Source of the DNA: the human T2T-CHM13v2.0 reference genome, Homo sapiens
Assembly (NCBI RefSeq): GCF_009914755.1
Contig: NC_060934.1
Reading direction: 5' to 3' (one strand)
Length of the DNA stretch: 64,000 nt
Shown here piece by piece: positions 51,569 through 64,000 of this stretch. Below the pieces are notes generated by a model. That model saw nothing but the letters and a program-made list of their open reading frames with translations. It searched no databases and was not told the origin of the DNA. Numbering within the stretch: the first letter of the stretch is position 1; the number at the start of each line of letters is the position of its first letter. Both the position numbers and the translations under genes were made by a program.

Positions 51569-53748
51569 AGAGTATCATAAGTTATAAATACATGCTGAGA
51601 AAACCCACAGGAAAATTGTACTAGCAGAGTACCTTAAATTGAGAGTGACCAAACTTGAACTTAAAAAAAAAAAAAAAAAAAAGCTTTCAGTTGAGAAGGT
51701 GATGTTCATTGGAAAAGTCTCCAAGTCATTCATTACCCTTCATTACTTGAGGGCAATTAGTAGGTAGGGGTGCAAGACTGAGAAGTGAGAGGAAGCTAAT
51801 AAAGTTACCTGCATAGTGGTCCAGACAGGAGCCCTGGGGAAAAGCCACCTAAAGACCTTTAGCCAGGCTCTCCCAGCCAGGAACCAAAAAACTTCTCCAC
51901 CAGGGCCTGAAACACCGTGTACTTGGCACTGTATGAAAGAAGCTGGTCATACCAAGAGGATGGTCCTATCGGTCATGAAACAATAGGACTCGAATTCTCC
52001 CAACTTCACGAAACACGATGGTAACCACTGGACCATGGCAAACTGTGCAAACCTTCAACACAAGACACTTCTCTCTCAGACCCGAAGCACCTGGCAAACC
52101 AAGTGCATTCTACAAGGTGAGCAATAGATCCTCAATGACTTTTTTGAAAGTGTATGGGAAGTGGATGCCCCATGCCTGGAGCCTCAGTTGGGAAGCTTTT
52201 TGCATTTTGCCAGAAGATTTATCAAAATAAGGGTCTAAGTGTGAAAACCTGGGTAAGCTGACTTCTAGAAGAATGATTATCAAACTGCACCAGCGAGACC
52301 GTTGATTGGCTGCCATTTGACCTAATGGAAACTGATCCTGCTTTAATTCATAGACATGAGGACTAGCAGTAAGTGGGCAATTAGGTCACTAAATTTCAGT
52401 CTTCATAAATTCAAGTTAGCACATTACTAGTTTATTGAGCACACAAATTCATTGCTTCTGCTAACAATTCTGATTCCTACACAATGCTTGGCAACATTGC
52501 CAGTTCCAACACAAGCTCACAAACAAACAGCTGGAATTTCCAAGTCACAGCATGAATCCTTTGTTGTCAGCATATTATCAGTGTTATCTTGGGTTGGTTG
52601 GTTGTGGTTTTTAAATTGCTGCTGTCCTTGTTTTTCAATTACACATTACTGTGGTTTAGTTACAACATTATTAATTTAGTTTGTTGTCATTGTTTGGGGA
52701 ACCCTGCTGTGTGAATGGTGCATGTTGGCACCAACAGTATTTTTCACTAAACTTTAAGACATGTATATATTGATACTTAAATATGCATCGTCCAGACCAT
52801 TATTCCAAAGCAAATTTTGTATACATTTATAATATAAACCTATTGTGTGAACATATATGCTATATATTTATATTCCCCCAAGTTTGCTTGTACAATGACA
52901 TTTTATTGGTGATAAATTTGTGTTCTTTATATAATTTCCAACACGTCATCAAGTTAGTGTAATAAAATTACTAGATTATTTTTACAGGTATAGAGCATTG
53001 TTTTATGTGTATGTGGCTCTAGTCTTTTCTTACAAAATAAATAGTAGGTTGTCACCAATAGATCAGCTACATTTTCTTCTTTTGTTCCCCAGATTATGAA
53101 AGGCTACACCTTACTTTTCTAGGTTTGTTCCCTGCAAGGATTGGTACCTGAGGGATCTGAGAATCAGAGTCTTTGGCACTTGTGTTAGATGACATCTTAA
53201 CAAAAGTTGTTGGGATAGGGATGTACAATAAAGTGAAGCAGTTAAGAGCAAGGGCCAGGTCAAATCCTGAACACATGTGCAGGTGATGTGACTACCAAAA
53301 CCTTTTCAGCTTCTTTGAGTTTCAGCATCCTCATCTAGACATTGAAGAAATGTATCTATCTCACAAGGTTGCTACCATATTAAATGAGACAGAACATATA
53401 AAATTCTCAGCACAGGGAGTTATACATTGCTTTGGCCCATTCTTCAATGGCTAAGGCAAATCATATTGCTGCTTGTGAGTTTAACAAGGTGGAAATGTAT
53501 AACTGCCCTGCAGAAAAGGTACCATAAGAAAAATGGAATATTTGGTGAGCGGTAATACTATCAACATTGCTGTTACTAACTCAAAGATAAAATGAGGCAG
53601 GTAACCTACCAAATGGTTCATCCTAGGTTTATTCATGAATGGAAAGGTTTATGTTTGAGGTCGCTAACTGAAGGTATAATCTTTAGCCTTATTTTATTTA
53701 GTGTAGTGGCTGACCTAGCTTAACTAGTAGAGTCAAAAAACCCCTGCC

Positions 53749-54073
<325 letters not shown>

Positions 54074-54972
54074 CTGCCAATGCAATCTAAGCTATATTTA
54101 AGAATAATCTCTAAGTAGATTCTACATTCAAGGTAACTATCCATGTTTCTCTTATATACAAATCCCAGTAAGAGACAGCTCCAGCTACCATTGCACAAGT
54201 ACTCAGAGCAGTGAGTCCAGGTTGTCCTCATTGCTACGACTTCATTTTCAGCCATATTCTCCCCATGCCAAAGCTGCTCCAACATCTTAACAATGACAAC
54301 ATGCTCCACAGCACCCATCCCATGCTGCTCTTCCCAGCCCCCTTTCTTTCTAACCTTGCTTCCTGAAGCACCAGGTCTTGCTGAACCACAGTGGTTCCTA
54401 AGGAATAAGTAACTAAATGATTCTTGGGAGAGACATTTTTAAAGTCCATACAATTTCCCGAGAGCTAAATTGACATGATAGAATAATGTCCACTTTCAAG
54501 GGTTTTATTTTTACGTTCACCAGGGACCTACAGTGAACCAGACTGGCAGCTAGACACTGAGAAGAGAATGCATACTTTTCAGTAATTCACAGTGGGAAAG
54601 ACAGTGGCCAGTAACCCAGCAGGAGGATGTGTGAATGGAAAAGCTGTAAGAGGCCACATTGAGCCAGGGAACGGACCCATGTCTAGTGCAAATAAAAATT
54701 TGAGCTTAAATCACTTATCAAATGGAGAAACACACCCACCCATGATGACCCACTTTCCCCAAAGGCCACTCAGGTGAAGTCTCGCATTTAAAGAGTGATA
54801 ACTCAGAGCTCTGACATTTTGCAGGCTTGGCTGAATAACGAGAATAAATAGATCAAATTCCTAAGAATTCACAACTAGTCTTGGCAAACCAAGTAAGTGT
54901 CACTTGGACACTCTAAGTCTAGTCTAGTCTTGACCCTACCTTCAGGAAGCCAAGATAGTGCTGACCCCCTTG

Positions 54973-55068
54973 AAAGTATAAAATTGAGGCTGAGTGAGAT
55001 AAAACATAAAGTATAAAATTGAGGCCCAGATAGATTATAAAACATAAAGTATAAAATTGAGAACCAGT
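54973..55068. repeat. 35-38-bp tandem repeat (aaagtataaaattgaggc...ataaaacat); third unit split by L1
   Basis: Units at 54973, 55008 and 55046; remainder gaggcccagtgagataaaaca at ~55943-55963. Confidence 0.85.
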
Positions 55069-55936
55069 CAAAGGACATGAGTAGACACTTTTCAAAAGAA
55101 GACATACATGTGGCTAACAATCATATGAAAACAAGCTCAACATCACTGATCATTACAGAAATGCAAATCAAAACCACAATGAGATACCATCTCACACCAG
55201 TCACAGTGGCCATCACTAAAAAGTCAAAAAATAACAGATGCTGGCAAGGTTGCACAGAAAAGGAACGTTTTTATACTGTTGGTGGGAGTGTAAATTAGTT
55301 CAACCATTGTGGAAGACAGTATGGCAATTCTCCAAAGACCTAAACACAGAAATACCATTCCACCTAACAGTCGCATTACTGGGTATATTCCCAAAGGAAT
55401 ATAAATCATTCTATCATAAAGCCACATGCAGGCATACTTTCATTGCAGCACTACTCATAATAGTGAAGACATGGAATCAACCTAAATGACCATCAATGGT
55501 AGACTGGATAAAGAAAATCTGGTACATATACACCATAGAATACTATGCAGACATAAGAAGGAACAAGATCATGTCATTTGCAGGAAAACAAATGGAGCTG
55601 GAAGCCATTATCTTTAGTAAACTAATGCAGGAACTGAAAAACCAAATACCACCTGTTCTCACTTATAAGTGGGAGCTAAATGGTGAGAACACATGGACAC
55701 AGAGGGGAACAACACACACAGAGGCCTAACAGAGGGTGAAGGGTGGGAGGAGGGAGAGGATCAGGAAAAAAAATGAATGGGTACTAGGCTTAATACCTGG
55801 GAGACGAAAAAATCTGTACAACAAAGCCCCGTGACATGAGTTTACCTATATAATAAACCTGCATATATACCCCTGAACTTAAAAGTTGAATTATAAATAA
55901 ACAAATAAATAATATAGATAGATAGATAACCCAAAA
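55069..55936 (+). mobile_element. 5'-truncated primate L1 (L1PA13-16-like): ORF2 end and 3' UTR
   Basis: [15 protein letters not shown]...[16 protein letters not shown]2 C-terminus; gggtactaggcttaatacctgg 3' UTR; degenerate A tail. Confidence 0.93.
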
Positions 55937-56007
55937 AAAAACGAGGCCCAGTGAGATAAAACACACATAGGTGATGAGTGAAGCTCTGGCCTCCTGTGTC
56001 CATGTAT

Positions 56008-56290
56008 AAACTTCCCCAAACTTCAGCCATTCCCATGCTACCTTCAGAAATCATGCCATAGCTATATGCCACCTGCTGTATTATTTATTTCATCATTTTA
56101 ATATTGAATAACTCTTTTTAAACTGAACTTAACCTTAACCTTCTCCTAAGCAATAACACTGTGAATTCACAAGTTTGATGTGCTAATTATTTTGCTGTTA
56201 TCCATTAAAATAACTATTAAAATATTTTTAAATATGTTCATATACCCTTAAGATCACTGATGTCCCACCACTGATGCCCATATTGAGCTC
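56008..56290 (+). mobile_element. hAT-Charlie MITE (MER113A-like)
   Basis: ttccccaaacttcagccattc...cctaagcaataa...gtttgatgtgcta. Confidence 0.6.
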
Positions 56291-58939
56291 AAGATGGTAA
56301 ATTCTGCCACCTGCTGCCCCCAAAGAGTGTGGCTCACCTGCATCATTTTAATGATGCTAATTCCTTTATCATTTCTCCCATTCTTCCTTTTTCCATAACC
56401 CACACTCAAACCAGTGTCTAATTTTTACTCAGAGCTGCTTCGGGAAATAATTTAACAGCTCTGCCTTCTCTGTATTTCTTTTTTGGATGTTTACCTCATC
56501 TGAACATCCACACCTATGACAGGAGACTCCCCACGTTATTAGTCCCTTATCACAAAATTGATATCAGGAATTCACTTTTCCAGCCTCTCTTTCAGCTAGG
56601 GCACAGCCGTTTAATCCAGACTCTGTTCATCTGATGATCCCACATGAGATTTTGAATTCAACTGTTGGTTACACAAAGAAGGGCCACCTGGAGTTCATCT
56701 TTAGAAGGCAGTAGATATATTCAGTCCATTTCTTCATCAAGTTCACAATCCAGTGTGCTCCAAATGGGTGTTTTTAGACAATTGCAATATGGTGAGATAA
56801 ATATTCTAATTAGAGCACATATAGAGCACCCCATGCAGAGGTTTACAGGGAAAGTATCAGGGTAGTCATGCTTGAGTTGATTCATGAAGAAAAGAGATTC
56901 CCAAGCAGATAAGAAAGTAGGTAGCTCAATAGTGATTAACTATTATTATAATCACTCTTGCCAGATTAGAGTCAGACAGACCTGGATTCAAGTCACAGAC
57001 CCATTAAAAAGGTCAGTTTGCTCACCTATAATCTTGCTCCATTGGATCTGCAAAGAATAAGTAAGATGATTTAAGTAAAGCACATACCAAAGTATCTGGC
57101 ACACAGGTTCATTATAAAAGCTATTTATCTTCCCACCTCTATTTTTTTATTAGAATGCCCTCTCCACTTCCATTCTAGAAAAATCCAAGATTGGACTTTG
57201 GATTGCATTCTTGAAAAAATTATAAAATTTGGTTATTTAAATTTTACTTGAAACACTGCCTCTTCCGTGAAGCTACTATTTATCCCAAAGACACAATCTT
57301 CCCTCCTTCAAACTTCAATTTAAGCTGATCTTGACCTCTCTTGTACACACTCATACCCTTGCCACTTCATAATGCCTGGCTCGTAGGTGGTACCTGCTTG
57401 CTGAGCTGAATTAAATGCCCTCATTCTCTCCCCTGTTGCCTAGTCTTAATGCCTGCTCTTCCATTTTTTTTAAAATTCTTGCTAGCTGCCTAGCTAGCAT
57501 TATGACCACTATAAGACTCTGACTTCAAAAAAAAAAAAAGTTTTCTAACTTTCTGGGCAATTAAACTACTATTATGTCTCTGATCTTGAGATTCTAGCTA
57601 TGTGTTCCCATTGGCCAGTCCCTTTCCAAACTTTCCCTCCTCCCTTTTTATGATACGTATTTTCTGAGCCCCTTTATGTACCTATATGTGGTCACAGGCA
57701 CTTGGCATACATCAATGAGTAGGACAGACCTCGTCCCTAGTCCTTGACTCAAAGGGCTTATCTTCCAATCTAGGAGACAGTCAATAAGCAAATAATAACG
57801 CAAAAAAATGACAACTATAGTGACGCTACAAAGGAAAAATACAGACAGTCTTGTCCTAGGCCCAAATTGTTCCTTTTCTTGCCTCACCTAACCTCTCCTC
57901 CTGCCTTTCCATCCGCTACATCCTTACCCCAATTTCTGTATGTCCAAATTCTTATCCCTTAAGGCCTATTTCCAATATTACCTTATCATGAAGTTAAGAC
58001 AAGTTAGAGAAAGAAGTTTGTGCAGTGGTAAGCCTACAGATAGAGTTTTACATACATCTTCTCACCCTTACTATAAGTTCCTGAGGGCATGGCCTCAAAT
58101 ACTGCATTGTAATGGTTACAATGCCACCTAACACGAAGCCAGGAAAGGAAGTAATCAGTAACTTCATGAAATGAACAAAGAATCCTCTTCTTGTCCTGAC
58201 AGACTGCACTTGAAGAGCTCTGGCTACATAGAGAGATGCGTCATCCACACTCCTTGTAGGAAATCCTGTTGTTTCTGTCTTCATTCAGGCACATAACTTT
58301 ACCCCAAAGGTAAGGACGCACTCACCAGGCAGCAATGCCAAGAACTTAGAACACTCTACATCGTGATCCCCATGGTAACTAAGGCTGTGCACAAAGGAAT
58401 CGGCCATGAGAGTATCTTAATCCAGAAAGGCTGAGTGTTTTTTCTCATATTGATAATTCTGTTATTATGGCCATAATAAATGGTTATCTGGATCACAAGC
58501 TGCTGAACGGTATTCTAAATTTCTAAACCCATCATTCTATCATATATTTACCATGAATGTGAAGTATGATTCACTAATAGAACATCTGAGGTTGTTGATG
58601 GGAGCCTTGGATCAAGTCAACACTTACTACTGTTGGTAAATATGCAGAAACTTACAGAACATTAGACTGGAAGGTACACACACTTACTCCTCTGTTCTCA
58701 CAAAGCTTGCTACTTTCCACCATATATTTGGTTTTTATCTTAGGTGCCATGCATAAACAATGCCATGTGCACTGCTGTGAGGAGTGGTGAATATGCACGC
58801 TTCTGTTTGTTTGGGGAATGTAAGAGCTGTGGGGTTTTAATTACCCTGAGCTGGTAGAGATCAATTAGAAAAACAAACATATTAGTGAAATACCAAGAGC
58901 TCTTTTGCTGCCAGAGGATTGTAACTTGAAATCATAACA

Positions 58940-59270
58940 CCCTAGAGCTTTAGAGCTGAAAGAAATGGCAGAGATCAGGAAGGCCAAGCCCTTCATTTTG
59001 CAGATAGGAAAGCTGAACCCCAAAGAGGCAAAATGCTTGCAGAGTGGTTAAGAGCTTGTGTTCTGCTATCAGACAGACTATACTCAAATTTCAGGTCCAT
59101 GATGTACCAAACTACCTTGGCAAGTCACTCGACTTTTTTTTACCTCAGTGTCCTCATCTGAAAAATGGGGACAATGATAGACTTGTAAAGAATAGTGAGA
59201 TAATGGACATAAGGTGCTTAGCACAGTACCTGACCTAGTAAACAATGTGCTAACTTTTATCATTATTATT
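58940..59270. mobile_element. Abutting MIRs in opposite orientation (minus 58940-59043; plus 59043-59270)
   Basis: cttcattttgcagataggaaagctga; gtggttaagagc...cctcagtgtcctcatctgaaaaatgggg. Confidence 0.8.
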
Positions 59271-60109
59271 ATCATCATTGCAATCTAAAGTTACATGGAT
59301 TATTAGTGACATTACTTTTGCTCAAACAAATACTCCCTTACACATATCTGGGTTTATTTTTATAGAAAACAAAAAATATGTCTTGTCCCAATAATCATAT
59401 GGTCCAAATTAGTTTCCAAATCAAGTTTTACATTAATTCTACATTTTCAAGTGTTTATTGAATCTTCTAGTAATCACATATTCTACGTTGTCACAGCTCC
59501 AGAAACTTAGTTCACTTAGCATAAATACATTCTCGTCCTAAATGTGTAGTCGCTCAAGAACTATTAGTGACTTACCAAGATGTTTTACTTTGGAGAGTGC
59601 AGAATCTCTTAGGATATTTGACTAGAATTTTTTTGCCCTTTCCAAAGGCCCCAAATTAACAAAACACAGTGCTTTTTGTGGCTTGATCTAAATTGATAAT
59701 TTATAATCCATGACTCAGAAAAAGATTACTTCAGAGCATGACATGCAAATGCAGAATTCATGGCTCTTTATTTAAAATCAAGGCCCTTTTTCCTTGACTG
59801 CATTTACTATAATTAGAAGAGTGGACATTCTCACAAGGGGTTGCAAACACACCATTGGCGATGTCATATGTGAGATGCCAGAGAAAAGATTAATACTTTT
59901 CTGCTGAGTGGCTTGAAGCTATTGGTCCCCAACACAGCTTGCTGTCTAAATAAATTGAGGTTCCAGAGAAGGGAAATACCAGGAATTTGAATGATGAATA
60001 ATACTAAAGAAAAGAGAAGGCTCTACTCATACCACATTCTCCACGGGGTGGTAGGTGATAAGAATAGAAGGACCATGTGACCATCTAGTCTAGAATAATA
60101 TGGTATTTT

Positions 60110-60605
<496 letters not shown>

Positions 60606-60679
60606 TTGATGCTTGATAGTTTGTAGACCATTTTCACATAGGTCAAATTTAACAGATTAATTAAGAACCTAAGTTATAG

Positions 60680-60885
60680 CAGAACCCTGGTTTGACCTGG
60701 GTGGACGCTTTATAGCTGTATTACCTTAGGCAAGTGTCGTAAACTCTCTGATCCTCAGTTTCCCCAACTATAAAGAGAAAAAATAATATCTCCCTTACCT
60801 AGTCATGCAATTTTCTTAAAAATCCATGTAATGCACTTTAAGAGGTACCCAGCATATGGTAAGAGTTCAATAAATAGTATTATTT
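60680..60885 (+). mobile_element. MIR
   Basis: accttaggcaagtg...cctcagtttcccc. Confidence 0.75.
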
Positions 60886-61499
60886 TTGCTATTTCCTACA
60901 CTATCTCATTCAATCCACATCTTAACCCTGTGAATATTTGTTCAGAAAATAAGATGTTTCCTCTTTAAGGTCAACCCTTGATTATCTGGGAATTATTATT
61001 CTTTGAGTCCATGTCTATTGTTTCTCTTTTCTAATGCCTACCTTGACTTCTTGTCCATTTTATCCCAGAATGAGTATAGGACAGGACAAAAATTGAAATT
61101 CAAATCAGTTCATCAACAGCCCTGGACGAAGAAAAATATATTAGCAGTCCAACCACTTACTCCCCTTCCCCAAGACCCGCTGTTCTGTGTCAGCTGTTGA
61201 CTCCCCATAATGGCCATGACCATGGGCAGTGGAGACCATGGGGACACGGGTGTGCAATGATGGTCCTGGACTAGCCACTAACTCTTGAGGACAGACACTT
61301 CACCTGCTTTCTCTTCCTTCTGTCAGATTAAGAAGATGGAACGTAAGTTTAAGGGCATACTTGGTTCTATTCTTTCTCCTGAAAATTCAGATGATGCCTT
61401 CGATTTTATAAAGAAGAGGATCATTTTTTTCATGGAGAAGAACAGCCATACTTCCTGGGAGAGAGAACCTCACAGTCTTGACTGCAGGCGGGAACAATC

Positions 61500-61710
61500 T
61501 TCAGCTCTGACATCAAATACCGGGGACTGGAATTCAGGTTCCACTACTTACTATTGGTGGGACCTCGGGCAAGTTCTTTTCAGAAGACACTACCAGCACC
61601 TACCTCACAGGGTTACTGTGAGGATCAAATAAAATATGCAGGTAAAGCACATAATATAGTGCATGGGAGGTTATATATGTTTAATTCATGCCACGGATTA
61701 TGACAATAAT
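61500..61710 (+). mobile_element. MIR
   Basis: gacctcgggcaagtt...cacctacctcacagggttactgtgaggatcaaat. Confidence 0.75.
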
Positions 61711-61973
61711 AAATGTTATAATTACATAAAATTATTTAAATTACTCCATATTATAAAAAATAAAAATTGTTATTATTTCCTAAAGCTATGAAAGTCCTGA
61801 GTAATAATATATTGCCATCACCTTTTAACAACTGTCAGACAGTAATCTCAACCAAACTTTGAAACAAGAATGTAACAGAGAGTTAAGGAAGAAGCCCCAA
61901 AGAAACCCAAAGTATTCAGTTGTTTCTTACATTAAAAAGGGTTGGAACATATTTAAAGGAGTGAAGGGCCTTC

Positions 61974-62158
61974 AGAGGGCATGAAGGTTTCGTCTTACGT
62001 GCCAAGATGAGTTCTGGCCACCTGGTACTCTCTCAAAGGGAGAATGTTGAGGCTACATCCAGGCGTAGCAGGAAGAAGTGCTGTGATCTATTAGTAATGT
62101 CTGCCACAGACATGCAGCACAGGGTCTAGTGACATTTACTATATAACAGCTATCTCTG
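61974..62158 (+). mobile_element. hAT-type MITE (MER117-like)
   Basis: aggtttcgtcttacgtgccaa...gtgctgtgatctattagtaatgtctgccaca. Confidence 0.55.
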
Positions 62159-62519
62159 GATTCTCTTCTGGATCTCAGATCATTTTTCCAGGCTCCGCCA
62201 CTAGATAAGGTACAAGATCATTATTTTAGGTAACCAATGACCTCAATCTTCAGAAGCAAGAAAATCTTACTATGTATTTAAATGTAGATAAATATGTATT
62301 AGTAATAAGTCTACCAAGAAATTGCTCAGGAGTGAAAGGGAACCTGTAAGTTGTGGCCTGTTTCTTTTTCTATTGCTTTATTATATACTATTTGCACTCT
62401 CTCTAATTCTGTTTAATCTCTGCAGTTCTCAGCAGTCAAAATCTTTGTGTTAATTCTCTGTTGAGCAGGAAAAGAAAAAAAAAACCCTGCTGATTTCTAA
62501 CATAATACTTCAAAACAGA

Positions 62520-62775
62520 TCCTGTTTCTGTTACTTCCGCATTACATACCTAGCACTTGGAACTAGTTTTGGTATAGCATAGGTGCTCAATAAGTGCTTT
62601 TAATGAATTAATCGGATGCATTTGATGTCATCTCCCTCTTAGGATGTGAGCTTCTCTAAGACAAATATGGTGAATTACTCATTATTTGCTCCTTTGCCCT
62701 CACTCCCTAAAGTGATTGGCACAGTATCCAGTACGTGGTAAGGGCTCTATAAATATTTGTTAAATGAATGAAGTA
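62520..62775 (+). mobile_element. Two L2 3' ends
   Basis: taggtgctcaataagtg...; taaatatttgttaaatgaatgaa. Confidence 0.7.
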
Positions 62776-64000
62776 TTAATGACAGTACTGCCAACTTTCA
62801 TAGCCTCAAATTTCTTCTGCTATCGGTTAAGGCCTCTTGCTACATAAATCTTTCATATCAGTGCATTACAGTATTTGAGAATATTTCATTTGAAGAACTC
62901 AGCAGAGAATATTTCCCATAAAAAGGAACAGCCCCCTATATTACCTTATTACTCACTAATTTCATAAGAAGTGCTGTTTGCTAAATTCCTCCACCCTGCT
63001 TTTGCCTTGTTTTGCACTTTCACTGCTATCTGCTTTGCTCCCAAAGCAGCCCCTCATACTTTGGAAACCACAGGGAGGCAACAATGAACCAAGACTTTTT
63101 CCTCATCAAACACTTTCCTTCTAAAGCAAAATCTTTCTTGTCCATTGTCCCACTGTAGCAAATCTCTCCCGAACTTCTGCAGTGCCCTTTTTGTCTGAAG
63201 GAATTTCCATTTACCACATCCAGTAAATACCTTTAGTGATCAGTGACTCGGCACCTGATTTTTAACACTCAATCAAGATGCGCTATGTTTCCATCATGTG
63301 ATGGTTAAATTTAATTTAAAACAAAGAGATTTCTTCACACTCATTCCATTTTGCTTCAGTTTCCAAGGCAATTTGTGTTTGTGCAGAAACCAAATGTGCT
63401 CTCTGGAGACAGATGGAGACTGGTTTTTTCTACAGGTGCCTGCCTACTACCTACCTACCTGCTCATCTTTCTAGTCTTAATCTGTTTTCCTTCCACATGA
63501 ACACTTTTTCTTTAGTTTAAATTTTTATCTTATTTTATTGCATTTATCTTTGTAAGCCACCTTGAATCTATTTGGAATAAGGTGGTATTACGATTCAATG
63601 AATATAAAAATAAATTCATATGCCTTATATTCATATTCATATAGCTCCTGCCCCCCTGATGCTTAGAGTCTTCCTAGAAAAATAAGACTTACTTACTTGA
63701 GGAAATATGCAAGGGAGTGATTGGCAGACAGTTGCAGGAAGGTAGACAACAGATTCCTATAGAAAGCTACATTTGAAGGGACATTCAAAATTATCCAGCG
63801 GAGGTTGTGTGTCCTATGCGGAGTCACCTGAGTACTTAGTGGCAGAATCAAAACAAGTCCTCATCTTCTAACTCCAAACCTTATGCTTGCTTGATGCCCT
63901 CAGCTCCTCAATGCTTGCCAAATAGTAAGGCAAATGTGTATAATAGTCCATTGAGGAAGATCCCTCAACAGATATGAAATAATTGGTCATTATTGAGCAA

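Noticed and set aside
53060-53290. Possible exon after a strong plus-strand acceptor (ttttcttcttttgttccccag)
   Set aside because: No strong downstream donor; isolated acceptors are common by chance.
54973-55068. CRISPR-like or repeat-spacer array
   Set aside because: Units are contiguous without unique spacers; human DNA, no cas genes.
55077-55729. ORFs resembling a reverse-transcriptase-associated protein
   Set aside because: Fragmented L1 ORF2 C-terminus of a 5'-truncated dead element.

Overview
Human (primate) genomic DNA that is AT-rich and dense in repeats (Alu, L1, L2, MIR, MaLR/ERVL LTRs, hAT MITEs). The only protein-coding sequence I can support is a 75-nt terminal coding exon at 2824-2898 (+; [24 protein letters not shown]) followed by its 3' UTR. 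From memory this is most likely the C-terminus of CABCOCO1 (C10orf107, 10q21.2). If so, the remaining ~60 kb is the intergenic, regulatory interval upstream of ARID5B; this is not verified by search. None of the supplied six-frame ORFs looks like a real gene: they derive from Alu, L1 or ERV sequence or are chance ORFs. Notable structure: (1) a composite ERV-L locus at 40.4-45.4 kb, where a + strand HERV-L pol/dUTPase/MLT2 segment sits inside an older - strand LTR16-type provirus and an RT motif is duplicated; (2) a very young, apparently consensus-identical AluYb8; (3) splice-site chains suggesting a - strand lncRNA; (4) several repeat-free, motif-rich candidate enhancers or promoters; (5) a set of short fold-back palindromes. 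I found no convincing evidence of a previously undescribed biological system, so the findings are leads only. Boundaries of old repeats are approximate (tens of bp), and subfamily names come from recalled consensus sequences.
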